From: Minisyncoccota bacterium
GTDB taxonomy: Bacteria > Patescibacteriota > Minisyncoccia > Phycocordibacterales > UBA9973
Assembly (NCBI GenBank): GCA_031413715.1
Contig: JANOFO010000007.1
Location: 90,338-154,337, forward strand
Length of the DNA: 64,000 bases
Direction of reading: 5' to 3'
In this document: piece after piece, positions 1 to 10,655 of the stretch
How the letters are laid out: the number at the start of each line of letters is the position of its first letter
Position numbering within the stretch: position 1 is the first letter of the stretch
Translations under genes and position numbers: made by a program
Notes under the pieces: generated by a model
What the model saw: the letters and a program-made list of their open reading frames with translations, nothing else
Told to the model about the DNA's origin: nothing
Databases searched by the model: none

Positions 1-633
1 CCAAAGCTCATCCTTTGGTCCATGACCGAATGAAGGTGGATCCATGATAATCGCATCATATGTTCTCCCGCGTTTGATTTCTCTTTTTAGAAACATAACT
101 ACATCATCGATGATCCACCTTATGGGTTTGTCTTCCATCCATGAAAGCTTGGTGTTTTCCCTCGCCCATGCAACTGCAGTTTTTGATCCATCGACATGAC
201 AGACCCAAGCTCCAGCCCGAGCACAAGCAAGTGTCGCGCCTCCTGTATAGGCAAAAAGATTCAATACTGAGATGGGATTATCTCTTTTAGTTTTTTCTTC
301 GGTGATTATTTTCTCCATCCATTGCCAGTTTGGAAGCTGTTCAGGGAAAAGACCGGTGTGCTTGAATGATGTCGAGCGAATCGAAAAAGTAAAGCCGCCG
401 AATGATATGATCCAGTTTTTTTCTATACCCTCTTTAATGACCCACTTAGTGCGATTAGCAGTGCGAGTAAATATAAGATCAGCATTTTCCCATATCTCTT
501 TTTCAAGTCCTTTTTTCCATAAGGCTTCAGGATCTGGGCGCATGAGTGTATACGAGCCATACCGTTCAAGCTTTTCACCTTCGCCAGAATCTAGGAGTTC
601 ATAATCTTTTTCTGTTTTAGTTTTTAATATCAT
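1..633 (-). CDS. Class I SAM-dependent methyltransferase (RlmI/YwbD-like), 3' end outside window
   Basis: Manual translation from ATG 633: MILKTKTEKDYELLDSGEGEKLERYG..., with TSFKHTGLFPEQ, VLNLFAYTGGATLA (SAM motif) and YDAIIMDPPSFG; absent from ORF track because it runs off the edge. Confidence 0.85.
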   Translation of the reverse strand, partial: MILKTKTEKDYELLDSGEGEKLERYGSYTLMRPDPEALWKKGLEKEIWENADLIFTRTANRTKWVIKEGIEKNWIISFGGFTFSIRSTSFKHTGLFPEQLPNWQWMEKIITEEKTKRDNPISVLNLFAYTGGATLACARAGAWVCHVDGSKTAVAWARENTKLSWMEDKPIRWIIDDVVMFLKREIKRGRTYDAIIMDPPSFGHGPKDELW

Positions 634-669
634 GCTTGTCCGAAATAAATTTTAATAAATTTGGGCGGA

Positions 670-1602
670 TTATCTTAAGTACTTATTAATATTGGATATA
701 TGCTCTTTGTACGTTTTGGCTAAATGTATTGCTCCCGTCTTGTCGTGCAAGTAATAAAAGTACGCCGAATCTTCAGGATAAAGAGCAGCTTTGATCGCGC
801 GGAGTCCAGGGTTGCCAATCGGTTCACTTGGAAGCCCCATAGTAACATATGTGGAGCGATCTGCATCAACCTGAAGTAGCATTCTATTTTTTAGTCTTTT
901 CCATAAGATACCTGCAACAAGTGATGCGTCAGATTCACCTTGCGCCTCCTTCTCTACCAGTGATGCCATTGTTATGATCTCATCTAAGCTCCAACCAGAG
1001 CTCTCTATATCTGCCAGAAGAGAAGAAATGCGTTTCTTAAACGTATTACTTAATTCATCGATAAGTTCACTCGATGTGGTGAGTGGGAAAAAGAAATAGG
1101 TATCAGGAAACAAGTATCCTTGCTTGCTCTCGGGATCAGACAAAAATAAATCACGGCGGAAAGCTTGAAGGTTAGTCGCAAAGAGCGTGGCAATCTCTTC
1201 ATTCGTCATGCCTTCTTTTATAGTAATTCTTGTTGGATTAATATGGTGGTTTCCACGAGCAAGCATCCAGGCCACACTCCATACTGGCATATTCTCTGTA
1301 AAAAGATAGTCGCCGCGTGGAACATTCCGACGTGATCCAAATACTGTAACAAAGAATTTAAGCGCGGTGACACGACGCACTATATTGTGAGATTTTAAAT
1401 CCAGAGCTATGGATGTAAGTGTCTCTCCGGAAGCGATATGGATAAGGGTTCCTTGCCGATTTGCAATACTTTGGTTCCACACGGGAGCCCATGTCATGTA
1501 GTAGATGAAGATAAGAGCGAAAGCAACAATGAAAAAAATATTTAATATTTTATTATTGCCAAATTTTTTTCTCACTTCTGGAACAATCTCATTCATATTC
1601 AT
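670..1602 (-). CDS. mltG: Endolytic transglycosylase MltG
   Basis: N-terminal TM, GYLFPDTY, ASLVEKEA (catalytic Glu), GLPSEPIGNPG. Confidence 0.93.
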   Translation of the reverse strand: MNMNEIVPEVRKKFGNNKILNIFFIVAFALIFIYYMTWAPVWNQSIANRQGTLIHIASGETLTSIALDLKSHNIVRRVTALKFFVTVFGSRRNVPRGDYLFTENMPVWSVAWMLARGNHHINPTRITIKEGMTNEEIATLFATNLQAFRRDLFLSDPESKQGYLFPDTYFFFPLTTSSELIDELSNTFKKRISSLLADIESSGWSLDEIITMASLVEKEAQGESDASLVAGILWKRLKNRMLLQVDADRSTYVTMGLPSEPIGNPGLRAIKAALYPEDSAYFYYLHDKTGAIHLAKTYKEHISNINKYLR

Positions 1603-1605
1603 AGA

Positions 1606-2904
1606 TTATTGAGGCAAATTTGCTGGAGGTTTCGCAATTTTAGACTCAATACGCTTGAAGCTTGGAGTCTCTGATACCATACCTGGGAAGTGAAAAATTG
1701 TTGCAAGTTCACGACTGGATAAAACGAATATTTTTGGCGAGCCGGATGGGAAAAAAGCGTTGAAAATTTTTGGATATTTAAAAGAATATTGTATTGGTGG
1801 ATGAAAAAAGGTTCTCATGCGAAAGAAATTGAGTGTGCGTCTTTTATACTTGGTAAGTGCGCGACCAGTAGGATCTGACCATGGTGCATCAAACTGCGTA
1901 GAATTTACACGATCAAATTCATTAATATCTGGCTGAGCATATTGACGCCAAATCAAGCGAGAGGCGCGACGTAGATTATTAAACTGAGCCTCGGTGTTAT
2001 ACCTCTTATCTGCAAGAGTTACGACCCGAATACCACAATCAAAGTGAATGAGACTTATATTCTCAGTCACTACTTTAATGAGATTGGTCACCGGCGAAGG
2101 AGTACGGACGTCCATACCGAACGTTCCTTCATCATTTTCATTTTTTTGCGTACGCGTGTATGGTTTTAGTATTTCAAACATGAATTCTCGACCTGCTTGA
2201 TAGAAATCAACGTGTTTACCTGTGTGATGACTATGGTATGTTTTAATACATTGTCGCACGACAATCTGTATCCACATCTGCTGACCTTTTGGTAATGAAC
2301 CGAGAAGTTCGATAACCGGAGTAATCGGATCAATTTTGAATTCTTCTTTGGTGCCACTCTTCAACTCTTCCATATCTCGATATGTCCGAACAGGTAAAAA
2401 ATCTTCTTTGAGTTTAGTATATTCACAACCCCACATATACCAATCACCATTCTTTTTAAAATGAGACACGTGAAGAGTATAATCATCCACTTCCATCACT
2501 TTAGCCTGTGGATACTGAGCATATATTTGGGTTTCAATAAGATCGCGCATACGGGTTGGGGAACGGATAAAGAAATGTACTTTCCCATCAATTGATGCCA
2601 TTTCCAAAGAAAACCAAAACCATGGGGCACCTTGGATGTATTGTTCCCAGAAACCTTTATTACTTTTCTGATACAGAGCATTAGAAAAGAATAATTCCAT
2701 AGCAGCCGGAGATTTGATGACATCACGCGGAACATGAATTTCCAGAAGCACCCATTTGATCCCCATAATGAAGCGCTCCTGTCTGTAATGATGCCACAAA
2801 CGCAAGGCCACAATAGCCAGTGGAATAGGCATGAGATACCCAATAGCAACAAGGAGTATTTGCAGTACATTAAAATTGTGAGATGAAAAGAAATCTGAAA
2901 TCAT
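1606..2904 (-). CDS. Conserved CPR-type membrane-anchored hypothetical protein
   Basis: N-terminal TM; LLEIHVPR, FSLEMAS, IYAQYP and ELATIFHFP...PPANLP motifs recalled from CPR proteins often linked to VirD4/TraG-like ATPases. Confidence 0.6.
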   Translation of the reverse strand: MISDFFSSHNFNVLQILLVAIGYLMPIPLAIVALRLWHHYRQERFIMGIKWVLLEIHVPRDVIKSPAAMELFFSNALYQKSNKGFWEQYIQGAPWFWFSLEMASIDGKVHFFIRSPTRMRDLIETQIYAQYPQAKVMEVDDYTLHVSHFKKNGDWYMWGCEYTKLKEDFLPVRTYRDMEELKSGTKEEFKIDPITPVIELLGSLPKGQQMWIQIVVRQCIKTYHSHHTGKHVDFYQAGREFMFEILKPYTRTQKNENDEGTFGMDVRTPSPVTNLIKVVTENISLIHFDCGIRVVTLADKRYNTEAQFNNLRRASRLIWRQYAQPDINEFDRVNSTQFDAPWSDPTGRALTKYKRRTLNFFRMRTFFHPPIQYSFKYPKIFNAFFPSGSPKIFVLSSRELATIFHFPGMVSETPSFKRIESKIAKPPANLPQ

Positions 2905-2915
2905 GTTATAAAAAA

Positions 2916-3056
2916 TCAGTTACCATAATACGTCGTAGTGGTAGTAGTGGTCTCTATTTCTTTCGTAAAAGATCCTGAGAACAACCCTATTAAAATAAGA
3001 ATAATCACGAGTCCTGCCACTATCATGATAATACTTAAAATTCCACGCTGATACAT
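2916..3056 (-). CDS. 46-aa single-TM small protein
   Basis: MYQRGILSIIMIVAGLVIILILIGLFSGSFTKEIETTTTTTTYYGN*, preceded by TGaTATAAT-N6-ATG. Confidence 0.6.
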   Translation of the reverse strand: MYQRGILSIIMIVAGLVIILILIGLFSGSFTKEIETTTTTTTYYGN

Positions 3057-3078
3057 GGGCTTATTATATCATACACAA

Positions 3079-3114
3079 TATAAAAATCCCCACGTATATA
3101 TGGGGATTTTTATA
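3079..3114. terminator. Intrinsic terminator hairpin
   Basis: tataaaaatcccca / tggggatttttata inverted repeat just after the stop of 3122..4153. Confidence 0.75.
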
Positions 3115-3121
3115 AGGCACC

Positions 3122-4153
3122 TTATGCTGTTATATAGAGTCCTTGCTTATTCTTTTTGAAGTATTTGGAATTCTGAAGATTGACAAGAATAGTGTTCTTT
3201 TTTAAATATCTCTCTTTCATAACTTGATCAACGATATCTTCTTTGGACATCGGGCCGTTTTTCTTCAAGAGTTCCTTGATGACATCGCGAACGACGCCTG
3301 ATTTGTAACCCCATTCAGAAAGTGCATAGATACCACGCCCAACGAGAACAAACCTTGAATCTTTAATGAGTTCATTGTGGCAGGTAGCTGTGTGGCACTT
3401 TTTATCAAACGTAGCTGCAACAGCTTTTGCAACTTCACGAAAATGCATCGGTGAGCCATGCTTACGCATCATTAAGAATGCATAGTCTTTGACACCGCGA
3501 GTCTTTATGCTCGAAGAAGTAGACTTACCCCATTCGCCGAGCGGATTTCGGGAAATAGTCTTTGACATAGCGAGCCAACGCTTGGCGATCTCTTCATTCT
3601 TGTATTGTTCTGACAATGCTTTGACTTCTTCAAGAAACCTTGCAACAAGTTCACTTTCTGAAACTAGTTCATCATCGGAAAGATTCTCATACAGATTCTT
3701 GAGTGATGCATGAACTTCCTCTGCGATTTCATCATCAACGCTCCAACGAGTTTTAAAATGGTCGTCTTCTTTATGTTTCTTGAAATCATCTCCAAGGGTT
3801 AGATACAAGTGTATATGATTCTGAGTGAGCTTGTCTTTTGAAATATGAGAAAGAAGTTCTTGTTCGGAAACAACCGCACCGAGAGTGTGCATGAGCTTCT
3901 TTAATTCTTCAAAAACTGCTTTCTCGTCTTTAAAAGTGGTGGACTTACGGATAAGCGTAAGCGCAGCATTTTCTATCTGTCTGACACGTTCGCGTGTAAT
4001 GCCGTATTTTTCACCAATGGCTTCAAGGGTCTTCCTTTGCGCGTCGTCAGTAAGTCCAAAGCGATTTACTACCACTTCATATGCCCTCTCTGGCAGATTC
4101 GAGAGCATTCGCTTAGTGACTTGTTTTGGTTTAAATGTAATAGTATTGGCCAT
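3122..4153 (-). CDS. Sigma-70 region 4 domain protein with C-terminal HARE-HTH/winged-helix domains
   Basis: RFGL...TLEAIGEKYGITRERVRQIE (sigma r4); PMHFREVA...TCHNELIKDSRFVLVGRGIYAL (HARE-HTH like). Confidence 0.8.
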   Translation of the reverse strand: MANTITFKPKQVTKRMLSNLPERAYEVVVNRFGLTDDAQRKTLEAIGEKYGITRERVRQIENAALTLIRKSTTFKDEKAVFEELKKLMHTLGAVVSEQELLSHISKDKLTQNHIHLYLTLGDDFKKHKEDDHFKTRWSVDDEIAEEVHASLKNLYENLSDDELVSESELVARFLEEVKALSEQYKNEEIAKRWLAMSKTISRNPLGEWGKSTSSSIKTRGVKDYAFLMMRKHGSPMHFREVAKAVAATFDKKCHTATCHNELIKDSRFVLVGRGIYALSEWGYKSGVVRDVIKELLKKNGPMSKEDIVDQVMKERYLKKNTILVNLQNSKYFKKNKQGLYITA

Positions 4154-4265
4154 TTGAGTTTAGATCTAATTTAATAATCATTTTCTACTAGTTTGATAAT
4201 ATCATTAGTATTAAATAAAGTCAACTTTTTATGATACTTCTTGTAAAATAAGGCTAGATGTACAG

Positions 4266-6077
4266 TTACCCTTTCGTTTTAGCTTTGGATCTTGATTGCT
4301 CCGTGAGGAATTTCTTGCGCAAACGGATATTCTTTGGTGTAATTTCAAGGTATTCATCGTCTGCCATGATCTCAAGAGCACGCTCAATAGAGAGTTTATA
4401 TGATGGCTTCACATTTACTGCCTCATCAGTACCTGATGAACGCATGTTTGAGAGCTGTTTGCCCTTTGTCGGGTTTACAGACATCTCATCGCCTTTAGTA
4501 ACGTTGCCGATAACCATGCCTTCGTATACTTCATCACCATGTTCGACATAAAGTATGCCGCGCTCTTGCAAAGTCCAGAGTGAAAATGCGACAACTTTAC
4601 CGCCAACCATCGATGTCATTGAACCAACATCGCGCTTCTTGATCTCTCCTGCATAATCTTTAAATCCAATGAACTGTGATGAGAGTAAGCCTTCACCTTT
4701 TGTGTCGACAACAAATTGTCCGCGGTAACCAAGAAGTCCGCGAGTTGGAATTTCAAGAAGTATACGAGTGATGCCTTCTTTCTCATGCATGTTCATAATC
4801 ATACCGCGACGCGCAGTTAGCTTTTCAATAACTGAGCCAGAAAATTCATTGCGTACATCTATTGTAACTTCTTCGTACGGTTCCAACTTTTTTCCATTTT
4901 CTTCTTTTATGATTACGTGCGGTTGTGAAACTTGAAGTTCATATCCTTCGCGACGCATATTTTCAAGCAAGACCGCGATGTGAAGTTCTCCGCGACCATA
5001 AACTAGATAACCTTCTTGCATCTCTTCTTCATCCGTTCCATCAAAATTTATCTTGAGGCCCACATTGATTTCAAGTTCTTTTTCAAGACGTTCGCGAATC
5101 TGACGGCTTGTAACATACTTGCCTTCACGTCCAGCAAACGGAGAGTCATTAACCAAAAAATTAAGAGAGATTGTCGGTTCATCTATAGCGATTGAAGAAA
5201 GTGCAGGAGTTTCTGCGTTGTTGACAATCGTCTCGCCGATGAAAACATCCGGAATACCTGCGATAATTGCGATATCACCTGTGTTTAGTATATCGACTTC
5301 CTTACGGGCAATGCCCTCGAATGTGAACATTTTAGTTATCTTTGTTGTACGGGATTTACCAGCATCATCCTTTACAATGATCTGCGAACCGGTTTTAATT
5401 GATCCCGCATATGCACGTGCAATGGCCAAACGTCCCAAGAAATTATCGTAGCCGAGATTGAAAACTTGAGCTTGGAATGGCTTATCCTCGTCTTTTGATG
5501 CTTCAGGTACCATTTCGAGAATAAGATCAAGCAATGGAGTAAGATCTTTTGAGTCGTCAGTGAGATTATTTTTGGCAATTCCTTGACGGCCGATAGCATA
5601 GATCGTCTTGAAATCAATCTGCTCTTCGTTAGCACCAAGCTCTAGAAATAGTTCCAGGACTTCTTCATGGACTCGGTTTGGATTTGCTGCCGGTTTATCA
5701 ATTTTATTGATAACAACAATTGGTTTAAGCCCGAGTTCAAGAGATTTTTTGAGCACAAAGCGAGTCTGCGGCATCGGACCTTCTTGTGCATCTACAAGAA
5801 GAAGCACAGAATCGATAGCACGAAGCACACGCTCAACCTCAGAACCGAAGTCCGCGTGGCCGGGGGTGTCGACGATATTGATCTTAGTACCTTTATAATT
5901 TACTGATGTATTTTTAGAATAGATAGTGATACCACGCTCAAGTTCAAGGGCATTTGAGTCCATAGTGGCACCTGTATCATTCATCCCGCATTGCTTCATA
6001 AGCTCATCAGTAAGAGTAGTCTTACCGTGATCCACGTGTGCAATGATTGCGATATTTCGTATTTCTGTAGGTTTCAT
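4266..6077 (-). CDS. typA: Translational GTPase TypA/BipA
   Basis: [39 protein letters not shown]. Confidence 0.97.
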   Translation of the reverse strand: MKPTEIRNIAIIAHVDHGKTTLTDELMKQCGMNDTGATMDSNALELERGITIYSKNTSVNYKGTKINIVDTPGHADFGSEVERVLRAIDSVLLLVDAQEGPMPQTRFVLKKSLELGLKPIVVINKIDKPAANPNRVHEEVLELFLELGANEEQIDFKTIYAIGRQGIAKNNLTDDSKDLTPLLDLILEMVPEASKDEDKPFQAQVFNLGYDNFLGRLAIARAYAGSIKTGSQIIVKDDAGKSRTTKITKMFTFEGIARKEVDILNTGDIAIIAGIPDVFIGETIVNNAETPALSSIAIDEPTISLNFLVNDSPFAGREGKYVTSRQIRERLEKELEINVGLKINFDGTDEEEMQEGYLVYGRGELHIAVLLENMRREGYELQVSQPHVIIKEENGKKLEPYEEVTIDVRNEFSGSVIEKLTARRGMIMNMHEKEGITRILLEIPTRGLLGYRGQFVVDTKGEGLLSSQFIGFKDYAGEIKKRDVGSMTSMVGGKVVAFSLWTLQERGILYVEHGDEVYEGMVIGNVTKGDEMSVNPTKGKQLSNMRSSGTDEAVNVKPSYKLSIERALEIMADDEYLEITPKNIRLRKKFLTEQSRSKAKTKG

Positions 6078-6177
6078 ATAATTTTTATGTTTTGAGCGAA
6101 AATAAAATCGCCTCTCTGGCGAAATGTAGATTCAATATATCATAGATTTAATGAAATGTAAAATCAAAAAGATTATA

Positions 6178-7272
6178 CTAAAGCAACTTTACAATATCGT
6201 TATAGGTAATAACAATCATAAGAAGCATGAGGAGTCCGAAGCCGATAGCATTTACAGCATTGGCAACAGCGGGCTTTATGCGAGAACCTTTAATTTTTTC
6301 TATAAGTAAGAATAGCAACCGTCCACCATCAAGCGCTGGGAATGGAATCAGGTTAATAACTGCAAGATTAATAGAGATGAGTGCAGTAAAAGACAGTAGA
6401 TATATGAATCCAAATTTTGCTGCGTCACCTACAACTCCGACAATACCAATAGGTCCCGTAATAGCAGATATATCCCCTTGGCCTTTGATTCCATCGGAAA
6501 TAAGATGATAGAACCCAGAAACAGTGGCCACCGACAAATCCCAAGATAATTTTAATCCTTCCCATAATGCCTTATGGACTGGAAGCTTGAGTGTACCTAT
6601 TATATCCATACTGATGCCTATCATAGGTGTATTTTCTGTCTTACTTATTTCTGGAGTGACAACCGTCTCTTTATTTTCTGGCCCGCGCTTATAATCCAAA
6701 GTTATCTCTTCATTCCCATGTTTTTTTACGAAATATTGTACGCTTTCAACCGAAGGAGTCTCTGTTCTATCAATAGCGGTTTTCATCAAGGCAAGTTTAT
6801 CACCGACTTTAAGTCCAGCTTTCTCAGCTGGAGAACCAGGTAGGACGCTTGTGATTGTAAGAGCTTGATTTTCTAGAACAGAGCCAGTCGGTGTCGCACC
6901 AGCCGATGATGGTAGTCCAGACATGAAACCAATTGAAAGTAAGAGCCATGCTACAACGAAATTCATAGTTACTCCAGCAAGTAGAACAGATGCTTGAAGA
7001 TATTTTGGCTTGTTTACAAAACTCCTACTACTGTCGGGACCGTTCATTGATTCTTCATCAGGATTCTCTCCGAAAATTTTTACATAGCCGCCGATAGGAA
7101 ATGCATTGATACGATACATCGTCTCTCCTTTTCTGAAGCTCCATAGTTTCGGCCCCATACCAAAAGCAAATTCATCCACGCGTATCCCAGATTTTTTAGC
7201 AACAATAAAATGCCCCCATTCATGGGACACGACAAGGACAAGCAAAATTATCAAAAAGATTAGTATATTCAC
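6178..7272 (-). CDS. rseP: RIP metalloprotease RseP (M50, PDZ)
   Basis: HEWGH, PDZ domain, NLIPFPALDGG. Confidence 0.93.
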   Translation of the reverse strand: MNILIFLIILLVLVVSHEWGHFIVAKKSGIRVDEFAFGMGPKLWSFRKGETMYRINAFPIGGYVKIFGENPDEESMNGPDSSRSFVNKPKYLQASVLLAGVTMNFVVAWLLLSIGFMSGLPSSAGATPTGSVLENQALTITSVLPGSPAEKAGLKVGDKLALMKTAIDRTETPSVESVQYFVKKHGNEEITLDYKRGPENKETVVTPEISKTENTPMIGISMDIIGTLKLPVHKALWEGLKLSWDLSVATVSGFYHLISDGIKGQGDISAITGPIGIVGVVGDAAKFGFIYLLSFTALISINLAVINLIPFPALDGGRLLFLLIEKIKGSRIKPAVANAVNAIGFGLLMLLMIVITYNDIVKLL

Positions 7273-7277
7273 TTTAT

Positions 7278-7811
7278 TTAACTCATTATCTCGGTTTCTT
7301 TCTTGGCAAAGACTGCTTCCAAGTTTTTGTTCGCTTCATCTACGCATTTCTGAATGTCCTCTTTGGCGCGATTCTTGTCATCTTCGCTCATCTCTGATGT
7401 CTTATCCATCTCATCTCCTCGCTCTTTCCTAACTTTAATACGAGCCTCTTCGAGCTTCTCTTTTAAGACTTTGGCGAGCTTGGTGCGATTCTCGGTAGTA
7501 AGCATTGGGAATATTACTCTTACCCCATCTGAATCTGAGGCAACGCTGAGTCCAAGGTTAGCGGCGGATATCGCAATCTCTATGTCTTTGATCTGATTTT
7601 TATCCCAAGGAGCTATGCGTAAAGTCTTTGGATCTTCAATATTTACAGATGCTACATTTTTAATAGGCATCCTTGATCCATAGCTTTCAACCTGGACGCT
7701 GTCGAGCACCATTGGCGTCGCCCGGCCTGTATGAACTTGCGCATACTCGTGACCAAGCCAATCTTCTGTCTTTTTTAATTCTTGCTTAAAATTTGTTGTG
7801 TTGTAAGCCAT
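7278..7811 (-). CDS. frr: Ribosome recycling factor
   Basis: TGRATP, APWDK, EEARIKVRKER. Confidence 0.95.
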   Translation of the reverse strand: MAYNTTNFKQELKKTEDWLGHEYAQVHTGRATPMVLDSVQVESYGSRMPIKNVASVNIEDPKTLRIAPWDKNQIKDIEIAISAANLGLSVASDSDGVRVIFPMLTTENRTKLAKVLKEKLEEARIKVRKERGDEMDKTSEMSEDDKNRAKEDIQKCVDEANKNLEAVFAKKETEIMS

Positions 7812-7823
7812 ATACGTTGTTTA

Positions 7824-8522
7824 TTATATCACAATGGCCAGGTGTTCTAAAATCATTTTAACTGATGCACCAGGCAAAGACAAATAATCTCGCGCCTTAC
7901 CAAGCTCATCGAGTGCAAACTGTATATCTTTATTTGTTTTATCTGATAGAAACTTCTTACGCACAATCTCTTCAAGCCCGTTAATAAGTTCTGTAGCATG
8001 AAACCGTACACTCCCACTACCAATACTATCTTTATGTTCTTCAATAAGGTCACTCACTAATTTGATCCGATCTTTCGATTTGCTTTTATAAAATCCTAGA
8101 GCATTTTTTGCTCTATCCACATTCTCTTTTCGTACTTTAATAACATGTGCGCGAGATAGGATCGTATCGAGCAGCATTCGAGAATTCGGCACCACAATAA
8201 AAAAGTGAGTGTCCGCTTTTGGTTCTTCTATCATCTTGAGGAGCGTTCTTTCTGCGTCGTGATTTATAAATTTAGTTCCAATAATACAGATCTTCTTAGT
8301 TTCTGTTATCCCCATTTCACTATGCCACTCTTTTATCTTTTCACTATCTTCTACAGTAAATGAATTATAGACCTGACACAAAACATCCGAACTCGCGCGA
8401 CTGGCATCACCCCGCTCTTCTAAGTATACACGTAGATCGAGAGCAACCGTATCAGGGTCACCTTCTACTATGTAGCTATGATAGAGAGTGTTTGGAAATA
8501 AATCTTTGAACGAAGTGGTCAT
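7824..8522 (-). CDS. holB: DNA polymerase III delta-prime-like subunit (degenerate)
   Basis: TLLKMIEEP...LLDTILSRA clamp-loader motifs; no clear P-loop or Zn cluster. Confidence 0.7.
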   Translation of the reverse strand: MTTSFKDLFPNTLYHSYIVEGDPDTVALDLRVYLEERGDASRASSDVLCQVYNSFTVEDSEKIKEWHSEMGITETKKICIIGTKFINHDAERTLLKMIEEPKADTHFFIVVPNSRMLLDTILSRAHVIKVRKENVDRAKNALGFYKSKSKDRIKLVSDLIEEHKDSIGSGSVRFHATELINGLEEIVRKKFLSDKTNKDIQFALDELGKARDYLSLPGASVKMILEHLAIVI

Positions 8523-8526
8523 ACAC

Positions 8527-9597
8527 CTATTCTACTCCAAGTGGGAAAATATCGGCAAGTTCACCAGAGTAATAAAATTCGTATGCAATATCTCCAAACG
8601 TATAGTCCACATTATTGATGTTTATTACCGTGCCTCCTACTTGAGGATTTGGTTTGGGTACAGAATAATAGAAGCCGAGATTATAGAGTGTGGCCAGAAC
8701 TTCTGGGCGATTGCTTATATCGTAGCCTGCTTTTTCCCACTGAGTTTCTATCTGCTTTATATATAAACCAACATACAAGTACGGGTAGTAAGGGTTTTTC
8801 GCATTGGTAATGCGGTCAAGTCTTTGGGATTCTAGACCATTCGGATTTGTATAATCGACGATATGTTCCATCTCGGAACCAAGATAAAATGGTGATGAGT
8901 CATCTTTTAAGTGCTCTTCAATTTGAAGTACTGTCTTGGGCTTAAGGCCAGCGATGCCGAAAGAAGTATTGGAAAGCGAGGCCAAAATTTTCAAAGGCTC
9001 GAAATAACTCTTGAATGATTCACGTCTGCTGTTAAAAAATCTAAATTGCTCGCCAATCACACCACCGAGTATTAATCGCGGCGAGACACCCACGTCAGCA
9101 GCCGCTTTTTTTATAATATCCTGATCGCGAGTGAAGACTTCACGCATAAGATTCCACTGATCCGTATCCGCCCAATTGTATGCCGAAATTGGCAATATTA
9201 TTTCTTTCGAACCAGTAGTATTGCATGTATCCATACTCGCTGTATAGAAAAAATCGTTCTCAAATCGCCTAGACGCAACTTGGATCATTTTTAGAAGCAC
9301 ATTTTCATCTGTTCCTCTGGAAAGAGAACGATATATATTTATAGCGGTAAGCGGAGCGTATTTACCAAGAGTATTTATTTGGCACGTAATCACAAGATCA
9401 TTAAAGGTATCTGTTTCAGAAGAGGAAGTTTTATTTAAATTGAAATAGGAGTTACGCTCCGATATTGAACCTTTTACATTAAATATTCCTGTATGCATAC
9501 CGACATATACGAGGCAAAATATAAATCCGATAGCGGCAAAACCACACAAAAGAATAAGAAATGCCTTTCGATGGATATGTTTCTTTGAAGTATTCAT
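8527..9597 (-). CDS. Membrane-anchored DUF1402-like / lysozyme-like protein
   Basis: N-terminal TM; IKKAAADVGVSPRLILGGVIGEQ and LATLYNLG resemble lysozyme/SLT-fold motifs. Confidence 0.5.
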   Translation of the reverse strand: MNTSKKHIHRKAFLILLCGFAAIGFIFCLVYVGMHTGIFNVKGSISERNSYFNLNKTSSSETDTFNDLVITCQINTLGKYAPLTAINIYRSLSRGTDENVLLKMIQVASRRFENDFFYTASMDTCNTTGSKEIILPISAYNWADTDQWNLMREVFTRDQDIIKKAAADVGVSPRLILGGVIGEQFRFFNSRRESFKSYFEPLKILASLSNTSFGIAGLKPKTVLQIEEHLKDDSSPFYLGSEMEHIVDYTNPNGLESQRLDRITNAKNPYYPYLYVGLYIKQIETQWEKAGYDISNRPEVLATLYNLGFYYSVPKPNPQVGGTVININNVDYTFGDIAYEFYYSGELADIFPLGVE

Positions 9598-10610
9598 TAT
9601 CTCTTGCTGAGAATTGTCTTCTTATAAGTTTCGAGGTGATTAAGTGCTTCACCCGTACCACGAGCAACACACAGAAGTGGCTCATCCGCAACATACGCTT
9701 TGACGCCTGTTCTGCGATAGATAAGATCCGCTAGATTGCGAAGCTGTGATGATCCTCCAGTCATTATTATTCCATCATCGATAATATCGGCGGCAAGTTC
9801 GGGTGGAGTGAGGGAGAGAACATCTTTAATGGCGTTTATCATCGTACGAAGTTCTTTGTCGATTGCACGGACGATTTCATTGGTAGAGATCTGGGCAGTG
9901 CGAGGCAATCCTTGGATAAAATCACGGCCTTTGATAGTAATGGTAAGCTCTTCTTCAAGCGGTACAGCTGCGCCAATTTTCATTTTGATAGCTTCAGCAG
10001 TTCGGTCCCCTATTGCTAGATTAAAAGTCTTCTTTATGTAGTCAGCGATAGCTTGGTCGATCTTATCTCCCGCGCATTTCACCGATGTAGAAGCAACAAT
10101 ACCACCGAGCGATATCACCGCGATGTCAGTTGTACCACCACCAATATCCATAATCATGTGACCCTTGGATTCGTGTATCGGAATACCCGCACCGATAGCA
10201 GCGAGAATCGGCTCCTTGACCACGTATGCGTTTTTTGCTCCAGCGCGAACTGCGGCTTCTACCACCGCACGGCGCTCAGTGGATGTTATGCCTGCAGGCA
10301 CTGAAACCATGACATCAGGCTTAAATAAATTATATTTTCCGAGTGCTTTGTTTATAAAATATCGAAGCATTGCTTCAGTTACTCTATAGTCTGCAATCAC
10401 ACCATCCTTCATAGGACGATAGACCATAATATTTTCGGGGGTTTTGCCGATCATGTCTTTAGCCTCAGTACCAATTGCGAGTATTGTATTGTCTTGCTCA
10501 GAAACAGCCACGACAGAAGGTTCATTTAAGATGATACCTTTACCAGGGAAATACACGAGTGTATTGGCTGTTCCGAGATCAATGCCTAATTTTTTAGAAA
10601 ATAAAGCCAT
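9597..10610 (-). CDS. mreB: Rod shape-determining protein MreB
   Basis: GIDLGTANT, DIGGGTTD, TGGSSQL. Confidence 0.96.
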   Translation of the reverse strand: MALFSKKLGIDLGTANTLVYFPGKGIILNEPSVVAVSEQDNTILAIGTEAKDMIGKTPENIMVYRPMKDGVIADYRVTEAMLRYFINKALGKYNLFKPDVMVSVPAGITSTERRAVVEAAVRAGAKNAYVVKEPILAAIGAGIPIHESKGHMIMDIGGGTTDIAVISLGGIVASTSVKCAGDKIDQAIADYIKKTFNLAIGDRTAEAIKMKIGAAVPLEEELTITIKGRDFIQGLPRTAQISTNEIVRAIDKELRTMINAIKDVLSLTPPELAADIIDDGIIMTGGSSQLRNLADLIYRRTGVKAYVADEPLLCVARGTGEALNHLETYKKTILSKR

Positions 10611-10655
10611 ATATATAGAGCTACTATAGCACAGAAGTTATGCTAGGATAAAGGT

